Source: Paraspadella gotoi (taxonomy: Eukaryota > Animalia > Chaetognatha). From it: a DNA stretch of 44,092 nucleotides. Shown here piece after piece: positions 34,108-44,092 of this stretch (its first letter is position 1; each line of letters starts with the position of its first letter). The notes under the pieces were generated by a model, which was not told the DNA's origin, ran no database searches, and saw nothing but the letters and a program-made list of their open reading frames with translations. The DNA is taken from the NCBI GenBank assembly GCA_051294375.1, contig JBJCIZ010001324.1:1-44092 (forward strand), written 5' to 3'. Position numbers and translations under genes: made by a program.

Positions 34108-37100
34108 GAGGAGAGAGACGATTCATTATTGATACTTGGTTTATATTGATTTCTAATTTAACATGGCAATCAAGCTCTGCTTGTCTTAATTTTCCCGCAT
34201 ATCTTAGCTGCTAAGAAAAATTATTGATATTAATTAATTAATCTCGTTAAGAAAAAATCAATTAAAGAGAGAGTTCTCTTCATTAACTAATGAACATAGA
34301 ACGATAAGTATATCAGACAATAAAATTTCAAAACAAGACAAGAGGAAAACTCTTGGTCCCAAGTATGCGCCACAAAACTGCAACGTGGAAGGGAAATTCT
34401 TTGTTTGGCTTAAAGAAAAAAAAGGTGAGGGCGAGATTTGGCATAAAACTCAACAAATTGTATCTGGTTGAACTGTTTTCCACACCGCTGCGTGTACCAC
34501 CCGATACCCTTCCCACACACCTGTAATTTCCCTACAGCCGCCGAACACGCTGCCACCCTCAGTCGACACTCATCCGGATAAGAAGCCCTCCGACCCGCAG
34601 ACGCGCGTCGGCGTCCGATCCGGTGCCGGTGCAGTGCACTCCGGCATCGACACGTTGGCCGCCGGTATTCGTTGAGTTGGCCAGAACTCGGTCCGCCCCG
34701 CCAATCGTGGCCGGCGCATGGGTCGCATTTTGCCTGGTGGTAAGAGTTTAGGTATGAACTTATTTAATAATGTATAAAATGTAGAATTTATTTTTTGGCG
34801 CATAGATTCTAAAGATGCGAGAGAGAGAAGAATGAATGAATGAATATAAACGAATTACGGCTTGGGCACGCCTATTGCGGCCTATGTAGCCTTTTGGCTC
34901 AGATATAATATCGTTACGCATAACAACAGATGACTGTTCAACATTTAAAGATACAAACATTACAACGGAAATAGTTGTAAACACTTTTAAAAATTAGTGT
35001 GGTTAGGACAATCAAAACCTAAAATTTAAGATAACAATGATTAGATGTTCTATCTCTTGGTAACAAATGTAATTGGAGATTTGTACGTCTTAGGGTTCGT
35101 CAAGTTCAATTTCTTCTAAAGGTCTCGAAAAGTAAATTGTTTTGATGATGTTTTCTAGCCTTCCTTTGGCTCTTGGGATGATTTTGTTTTTGAGGGAGGA
35201 TTCTCCTGCTGCATCGTATACGAAGCTTTGCTGATGTATGGATTGGAAGATTTAAAAATGTTCTTATGGCTCTCAAATGTAGCTTCTCTAATTTAGACCA
35301 CTGATGATCGGACCATTGTAAGCCAGATACACTGAGTAATCAAAAATAGAAGTGACAAGGCTATTGTAAACCTGAAACCAACAGATCTAAAGTTGTTTAT
35401 TTTTCTTTGTTTGCTAGTTTTTTTGATGGCGCATGTTTTTGTTTTTGCTTTCAGTGAGTTGGTCAATGAATTTGCCCATTGTAGTTTATTTTAGGACCAT
35501 CCCAAGCATTTTCAATTCCTTGTTGAAACAACTTTGTCATCGCCAGGTAAAGTTCTATAGAACTATTATGATGGCTTGGACACCTACTAAAAATGGTTGC
35601 AACTGATTTACTGGTGATAATTGTAGTTGCCAGGTTTCACACCATCTTACAATTTTGTTGAGAACTGGTTGTAGTAGTCTTTTGCTTCATCTAGAGTTTT
35701 CCCGCTCGCCCGATGGATGTGTCGTCTGCTACTTTGCACCCCTGCTTACCAAAACCATGTTGTTGGAAGATCGACACGTAAAAAAGTAAAGATGTTTGGA
35801 CTGATTATCCCTCCCTGTGGTGCACCTTTTTGCAGCGTTACTGTTTTAGATATAGTGTTGCCGTACAACAACATTCATCTCTCTTGTTGTAAGTATGAAT
35901 TGATTTCTTATCAGTTCTTCTGGATATCTGGCTTTAAACATTTTTAAATGAGGCCATCGCTCCACATTGAGTTAAAAGCGACAGAGAAATCTAAAGCAAC
36001 AGCAATGGTGCACTTTTCTTTTTCGAAACCCGAGGTTGATATCTTCTACGAGTCTTATTACATTCTCTTGAGCACCCCTATTTTTTATGTAAGCAGATTG
36101 AAGAGGACCCATAGACCTAAGAGTTGGTTGTTTAACAAAGTTTCTTGATCACTCTTTCCAGTAATTTTCCAACAACCGATATTAAGCTTATAGGACGATA
36201 GCTTTTTACATCAGTGGGATTTTTGCCAGGCTTGTGGAGCATTCTCAGGTTTTGGTGCTTCCAGGTTTTAGGAAACAGACCCCTTCATGAACATTCTTTT
36301 CATTATTTTCTACCAGCAAAATAATTCCTATTAAAGGGAGACTTTTCAGTCATAACTGGGGTAATCCATCCTTACCAGGTGAAGATCGATTTTTAGATTC
36401 TGTATAAAGCTGATGACCGTTTCGACATTCAAGATTTTGCATTCTGATTCGTGATTGTTCATTGTTGGTTTAAGAAGATTCTGGTTCGGATTTTTGAATT
36501 CGTCAACTTCAGAAAAAAACCCCTGGTTTTTTATGTTTTGGTTTAGGCATGGCATGTACATTTTCCATTTCTTTCTGCAAACATGTCTAATTTTTTTTTT
36601 GTTTTTTGTGTATGTGCCGTTTTCTTCTTTTTTAAGCATGCGAGTCCGCCTGTACACTCTCTCCTTTGTACCCAATAATATCATTGATTAGTCTCCACTT
36701 TTTTCCGCTGTCGACTTCCTTTTCAATTTTATGACAATGCTTTGTTCATAAAGATATTTATCTTCTTTTAGTCTTCTTTTTGACTTCACGGGAGATATAA
36801 TTGAATTCATGTCTCCATTTTATTTTTCAAGATTTGCAAACTATTGAAGTGGTCTTGTCGTTTCTCGTTTCTCTTTTGCCATTGGCGTTTTCTTTCTATG
36901 GCTTTTATTGTCATAAAAGAGAGTTTGCACCCATTCCTGTAGGATTTTGCACTCGTATTCGCTTTCTTTTTTTGCTTGCTGGACCAATTTTGCTCCAGAT
37001 CTCAACCTTATCTTCTGTATGTTGCTTTCCAGAGTCTCGCTTACTTAAACATTCGCGAAATTTTTCCGAACATAATTGTTTAAATTTTCAAAATCGAGTT

Positions 37101-40100
37101 TAGTTATGTGTTCTCTCTGTATTTTTATCTTGTTAATATGGATTTTTGTTATTGAAGTGTCACTGCCTACTCATCTAAAACTTATAACCTTCTACTTTGT
37201 TCACAGTATCATTGTTGCAAAAAACATAGTCTAAAACATTCCATTCTCCGTTTATTTTACTTATGTATGTTGGCAAGTCAGTGTGTTATGTTATTAAGTT
37301 TTGTATTTGACAAACAATTTACCAAATGCTCGCCGGCAGCAGAATCAGTTCGCCCTAAGTATTTTGAAGGAGAAAAATCCCAATTTTTTTGCGAGTTTGG
37401 GTTTATATTTGTCGAGTTGTTACCCGCTACCCATCTTGCAATAAAGTCGTCAGGAAGTTGGTGGCCCGGGTGATTGTACAATGTGCCTATGATTAGATTT
37501 TCTCCCTCTGGGGATTGAATTTCTGCGATCAGCCCCTCATTGAATTTTAGGCTTTCTTCCATTTCACGGGCACTGAAGTCTTTTGGCACCCCTATACAGA
37601 CACCGCTTGCTGATGTTGGATTATTGGAATTATTTTTCAATATAAATTTAAAGTTTTTAAAATCTAAGGTGTTTACATTTTGTGTTCTATATCGTTAAAG
37701 ACAAGTAAAAGACGTTTTTTTCTCGACATTTCCGCTACCAAATTTTTTAGCTCATTAGTCGTGTAGGATTTCCATTAGTATTAAGCATCAAAATACAGAA
37801 ATTATTGTAATCCATTTCCATTGCTGCTGCTTTACCTTTCTCGGTTGCACTCGATTTCAGATGGTTTTTTGTTTTTGCTTTGGTTTGTGCGATTGGCTCT
37901 TTTTGGAAGTGTTCTTCCAATACTGAGTCTCCTTGCTTCTGTGAGAAGTTGACACTGGACAGATTTGTCAGAGTTGACTGACAAGAGTGGAAAACATTGT
38001 CAGAGCTTTGTTTTTCATTGTCGAGAAAAAGGCGGGCATATGCTGTCAGCCCAACTAGAGCTTATTTCAGTTGTTGTTGTTGGATTTGGAGAGGCAGGAT
38101 CTTTATTGTTATCTGAGGTTATTTTACACCTCAGAAACACTTTTGGATACGTTATTGCTCACAACATCTCTGTTTTTTGAAGCTTTTCACCATATTTTCG
38201 CTCAGGGTCCAAGAAATGAGTCAGTGAGATTTTCTTTTTCTGTTGTCAAAATTTCCCGAACCATGCAGGCAGTAGTGTAAAATATATTTGAAGGTCTGAT
38301 TCAGAAATTGTGTTTTTGGTTTTTACAGAATTATATAGGGTTTTACCAAGTGGTTTGTTGATTATTGGTTTCTTCTCTCTTCTTGGGCTTTTATGGGCTT
38401 CTTGAAGTACACGTGCAGTGTCTCGAGTTTGAGGTATGGTCTCCTCCACAGTTGCTACATTTCAATGCTATGGATTTGCACTCTTGTGGCTGTGTTTGCC
38501 CCCACAACGGAGACAAGTTGTTTCTGTTTCAGGACAGGTTTTACTGCCGTAGAGAGATGAGAGAGAGATGAGAGAAGAGAGAAGAGAGAGAGAGAGAGAG
38601 GATACAACCTCAAATACTGTGGAACATGGATCTCCCTGTTGATATGAGACAGGCGGGATCTCTTGAGTTGACAGACTTGAATAATCGACGCCATCGTTGC
38701 CGCAAGACGGGATTCGCCGCTGCGTCGGCCCATCGATTTTTGCATCTGAGGTTTTTCCAATCTTCGGAAATAAAGTAACCCGACGGTAAATTGGGCTAAT
38801 AATATGGAAGACAAGAATAAGACAAGACCTCACTCTTCCGGGACACGACGCATCGCGCCGAACTTCCGTCTAACGAAGATTCGCACCGGGCGCCGAAATC
38901 CGCAGTCCCTTCTCCGCGCAGGGATCACGAACGTTGGCAGCCTCCACGGTGCCGCAGCAGAATGCGGCGCTGCTGCTTGCAACGCGTCTTGCGGAGCTGC
39001 GGGTGGGAAGAAAAGGAGGGGGGAAAGAGAGAGCAAGAAAAAATAGTCAAGATAAAATTTTCTTAAATTTAAATACAATGTCTGATTGTTAACTTTACAC
39101 ACGACTCAACCGAGCGCACTCATTTTCGTAAAGTGCGTTGTCGGATCGCGCAAACGGAAGTGACAGACGGTTGAGCAGCTCGTAGCTGAGAAAAAAAATG
39201 AGGTCTACGGTCTTTTTGCTCAGGAAGTCGATTGGAACTGCTCGGATCGACTTGGACCGAATTTTAAATATGGAGATTAACAAAAACATAAAATCTAAAG
39301 AAAAATAAATGTACGAGTTCCAACCATGCATAAACATGAATATAAAAATTCATTAGTCAAAAATTCCGCATTAGGCTTATTGCTTCGATCAGGTAAGTTG
39401 TTTCGATCCGGCGGACCCAGAAAATTAGAATTCAGATTCTCTAGGCATATGAAATTGTACATACCAATATAAAAATTATCCATTCATTTAATTAAATAAG
39501 CCTATCTCCGCCTGACTTTGCGACAGGCTTGGTGGTTTAAGGCCTCCATGCACTCTTACAAGATAATGACATAGCAGGTCCCTGCAAGCTTCAATCAAGA
39601 CTCTCTCAACAGTCTCGTTTTATTCACTCCCGGAGTACCTGGCTTCCCTATCAATGCAAGTGGATATACTGCTCATATCAAAGAAATGTTGTGCAATTGT
39701 ATGTAAAGACCACTGCCTTTAGTATTAGATCGGGAAATACTTATTGTACTCCGCACTAGCCATCAAAATACAGGAGCTGAAATTTGTATGAAATTGGTAC
39801 AACCAATATAAAAATTATCCAGTTCATTTACATAAATAAGCGTATCTTGGCCCTCTACTTTGGACAGGCTTTGGTGGGCTTTAAGGGCCTCCATCACTCC
39901 TTACAGACTAATGACATAGCAGGTCCTCTGCAAGCTTTCAATCAAGAACTCCTCTCACAATCTCGTTTAATTCACTCCCGGAGTACCTGGCTTTCCACCT
40001 ATCAATAAGTGGTATAATATTCAAGAGAATTTTCAATTGTTATGAAAAGACGCCAATCCCTTGAGAGTATTAGATATAGATGTAGATATTCAGCGAAATA

Positions 40101-40294
40101 ATTTCGGGGTCATTGACCGAGAAGCGTCAGAATCCTCTTTGGTTGGAAAGCCGCCGTTCGCGTTCAGTTAATGAATCCTGCTCTAAATATGTATGCCATC
40201 GACATATTTTTTTTATGACTTAATTTTAAATTAATTTTGTAAGGAGAGAGAGAGAGAGATGAGCAGAAGAGAGAGAGAGAGAGAGAGCAGAGAG

Positions 40295-40326
<32 letters not shown>

Positions 40327-42350
40327 AAAGAGAGAGAGAGAAAACGAGAAGAGAGAGAGTGAGAGATATATTTTCTTAATTATTATTTTTTAAGAGTATT
40401 AAGTTTTTTTTTTTTTAAAAAGTTTCTCACGATAAAAAGTTCAGTGTCAAAGTGTGAAAAGTGACATGCCTGAAAAACTAGAATCACAAGTCAATATAGA
40501 ATAAAATAAAATATCAATATAGTGACTCCAATGCACGATCTTAATAAAATTTCCAAAACCAAAATTTTCGGCTCCCAAATCTCTTCCTCTCCGCACAACC
40601 CCACCGCCTTATCCCAGCCACCCACCAACCGAACTGACTTGCAGAACGCACTCCGCCGCGTCGCGTTTCTCATCGTAGACGGCAGTTTGGCGCCGAACCG
40701 CGCATATTTAATGTCCGCACTTTTTGGCCGCGTCACTTTGGGGGCGAGTGAAGGGCGTCCCGTCCAACCACCGCCTGGGAGGAAGAAGAGGGGAAGCGTT
40801 AGGTGGGCTGAGGTGTGATTCCATAGGGTGATGGTAAGTTAAACGGCGGGAAAAGAATGTCACGAGCGTCATTGGCAAAAAGTTGGAAAAAATTTCGTCG
40901 CGATGATCAAAGAAATTGATCATCTCTTAAAAAATAACAATAAATTGACAATAAAAATAAGCGTGATGTAAAAATGAGAGAGAGACTATTAACGCACAGA
41001 CATAACGAGCAGAGACGTGACATTAGACGTACGTCGCTTCATCCTACCGGCCCACATTCTCGCTTGTATCGAAGCACTGGAAACACGTCTCTGTCGTGAT
41101 TCGGGCCGGAGAGAGGTCGGAAATATGCGATTTGACGATAAAATAGCGAAAGTCGGATTACGCTGGGTATTATCAGGAAAACTCTAACGAGAAGACTGCA
41201 GTTATATGCACGTAGTTTAGCATCAGAGACGTGTATCACACCTATGATCCACTTCTTTCTTTATCATCTCGCAGGTGTTTGTGAAGGGGAGCGGAGGTAT
41301 ATGAGAATTGACTTGAGTATCGAGAGTCATGTTGATTACGACGGGTCATAAGTATAGAGGTTATCGAACTGCGGTCGGCGGCGGCGGCGGCGCGGCGGCA
41401 GAGCGGCGGCGGGCGGCGGCGGCAAAGACCGGGGGAGGGGAGGGCGGCAACTGAATCAATATATCTCGATCATATATATACGTGAGATCATCAGAGATAT
41501 AGAGTGAGCGTAGCTTCTCTTACTAACCGGATCTCTCGCGGATAATTAGACGTTACAATAGCAACGAGATGGACACGTACTGACTTTGTATACGGTGTAA
41601 ATGCTGGTTTTACGTACTATCTGTCAACCAAATAAATATGTGGCAAGTGGCTTGTAATGATACTAAATTAATATGATCTCTTTTTTTTCGAAACGTTTCT
41701 TTTTTCACATTTTATTAAGGCCAATCTTCCAACTTCAACGTAATTTACCAATGACCAAAGCAATGTTTCGAACGAACTGGGTCTTTCACGGAGATAGACA
41801 ATCTGACAATCAGACGTACAACTCGCCACATGTTAACTGTCACATTGCCGCGAGGAGTACGGACTGCGCCTGGACTTTGAAGAGGTTGAAAAGGTTGATC
41901 CTGAGGACGGGAGGAGTTGAGGGCGACCCTTCCTGGGTAGGGGCGCGTTGGAAAAGAAGATCTTGGTGTCGCGGCGGCGACGCGACTCGACACAGTCGGG
42001 CCGAGTTGAATTGGTCACTTGGACCACGTTACGGTCCGCGCCCCACTTCGAGGTCCTGGGAAAGGTTTAGATGGGATGGGCGGGGGTAAAGGGTTTAGTG
42101 TTTGGGTCTGATCAAGTGGCTCTTTTTTGGAAGTTTCTTCGAGGAACTTGGCTTGGCACTGCTATCTCACTCGAGCCGCTTGCGACTTTTTGCGTCAACC
42201 GGCCCCACCCTGCTTGGTTCCTTTTATAATCCTAATTGATGACGACGTCACCCATGTATTCCCTTCTCGCAGGCGCCCGATGCAGGCGCTGCACGTCCCC
42301 GTCATACACGGCCGCTCGCTGCAACCTGCTGTTGATGTTTCGTCTGAGAA
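33930..42350 (-). other. AGRN: Mirror copy of the eight agrin exons (probably artefactual duplicate)
   Basis: Reverse complement of 22837-31206, for example RDTKIFF in ORF 41833-42027. Confidence 0.85.
34830..38550 (-). mobile_element. LINE copy 3, the mirror image of copy 2
   Basis: Same 5' truncation point and flanks as copy 2. Shares several variants with copy 2 against copy 1. Confidence 0.95.
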
Positions 42351-44092
42351 CTGAAAAAGGGAATTGAAGATATTTTGAAATTAATAATTAAATATTGAAA
42401 GGTTGTTAATAAAATCTACGAGTACGTTGAATTAGGATACAAGCGTAAAGCAGAATTCTGTTACTGTCTTTTCACAGTTTGTGAACATCAAAAAACAATG
42501 ACCTTCCTTAGATTCGCATTCGTAAACGAAAGTCCGTTCGGGCTACCTGCTAGTTTTAATTTTGTTTTAAATTTTTTTTTTTAGTTTTTTAGGCTTTCCT
42601 CTATATTTTTTGGTTTTGGGGGAATTCGATAAAAAAAAAACCCAAAAATAAAAAAAAACAATAAAAAACAAAACACCCAAAAAAAAACGTAAAATGGATT
42701 TCAGTCGCATCCGATTTCAATTCTACGCGGAGCGGGAGCTACACCGTCGATTCATGGCTCAAAAGTTTGGAAAGTGATATGTGGGGAGGGGAAGAGTTTT
42801 AAAGTGGTTTGTATGGCCAGGGCGAGAAGATGAGAAAAGACGGTTGGACCGTTAGGCTATTGGCTCCGTTCGCCTCCAGCGGATGAGTCGATCCCTTTTC
42901 TCGCTTCTAATTGTTCTATGATGTACAACGACGAACGATGCGGAATTACGACGACGACGACTATTATTATCCGTTTTTAAATTTTTTGAAAAGATTCCAA
43001 TAAACAAAAAAACAACAAATAAAATATAATCCTAATATTAAAATTTGAAATGATAATCGTTATCAACTTACAAAAAAACATGCAATCGAAATTAAATAAT
43101 TGGGTCATTGACTTCTAGGCAATCATCAACGCGCTAACTATCGATGACCCCGGTTTGTTATGGCTATGTATGGGCGCGCCGACCCATCTCACTCACTCTA
43201 AGGTTGATCTAGTATCTCTTCCGCTCACGCCTTAGGGATAAAATAATTTCTTTCTTTGTGACGCAGCACGTGGAGGAATTTCGAAAGCAAACATGTCGTC
43301 TGCATCCAAAGGGCTATATTCTCGAAGTGCTGAATATATCGCCGCATGAGCCGGCCCGACCTCTGGAGAATCTACTTGAGGTGACCCAAAATGTCCAGTT
43401 TCCGGTGAGACGGGTAACAGTGTTCGGCTTGGCTTATCTAATTGAGGGAAGGAATTTGATCCAGCTAGCGCGTCGTTCTAATGCATAGTTGTTACATGGA
43501 AACCCTCTCCCTCCTTTTACAGCTGCACCGCATCCGATCAAGTGCCCTCCTCGCCCCGGCTGCCGCGACACTGCCCGCTGCCCGGACTGCGAGCCGCTGC
43601 CTAGCTTGTAAGACAGAGAAGGATCCGTCCGTGTCCTCCGCTCAGCGGGACTTTGTGGAGCACAACAGCAGATCGGGATGGGCGTCGCTACCAGAAGTAG
43701 GAGCTGGAGCTGGAGACGGATTGATAAGCGGGGGAAATGGAGCGGATATCGTGGCTGGTTGAGTAGAGGCAGCGAATGATGGCGCCGGACAAACTACAAC
43801 GGAGTTCGTCCTTTCGCGAAGCTTGAATTAGCGGTGAGTTTTTCGGGACAGCTTTTAACTTTTGTTTATTGGTGGAAATAAAATGGAAGGCTTTTTCCTG
43901 GAAATGAGCTTGGTTGGGTCAACTAAATTAACATTAACGCTAATCATTGCTAGTTTATGAGAATTACTCTTTATCTCTCTCTTTTCTCCTCCCGTTCTGG
44001 CCGCTTTCTTGTTTTGGGTATCAGTTTCGCCCATCACGCATTGCTCACTGCGCACCTGTCTTTGCACGGATCCTAAAATCTCTGAATTGCGC

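Larger units (their letters stand above)
21031..44092. repeat. Giant inverted repeat: arms ~21031-32545 and ~32675-44092, spacer ~130 bp
   Basis: Colinear reverse-complement match of exons, introns, LINE and microsatellites up to the window end. Differences are mostly 1-2 bp indels. Confidence 0.97.

Noticed and set aside
34570-34585. HPDK J-domain-like motif
   Set aside because: It is the antisense reading of an agrin Kazal exon and has no flanking J-domain helices.
34830-38550. A third independent LINE insertion
   Set aside because: Same truncation point and flanks as copy 2, so it is the palindrome mirror and is not counted as evidence for targeting.

Overview
AT-rich, microsatellite-rich eukaryotic (probably invertebrate animal) DNA. 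Much of it carries the indel noise expected of unpolished long reads. (1) 1-9.9 kb is a nest of three non-autonomous DNA transposon families. All have TAG-like...CTA termini, and five junctions point to a 7-bp target-site duplication (TSD); three of these are backed by matching empty-site copies inside the window. (2) An APE-type non-LTR retrotransposon (gag-like ORF1 with three zinc knuckles, EN-RT ORF2, (ATTC)n tail) occurs near full length at ~10.7-15.3 kb (-) and 5'-truncated at 26.4-30.3 kb (+). Both independent insertions lie in TC/polypyrimidine tracts in the same orientation. (3) The 5' part of an agrin gene (NtA domain, follistatin/Kazal repeats 1-3 and the start of repeat 4; eight exons, 22.8-31.2 kb, +) is hidden from the ORF track by frameshifts. 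A probable unidentified gene runs divergently from it. (4) ~21.0-32.55 kb is mirrored at ~32.67-44.09 kb as a giant palindrome, most likely a fold-back read or assembly artefact. Protein sequences quoted for agrin were rebuilt by eye from the two arms.
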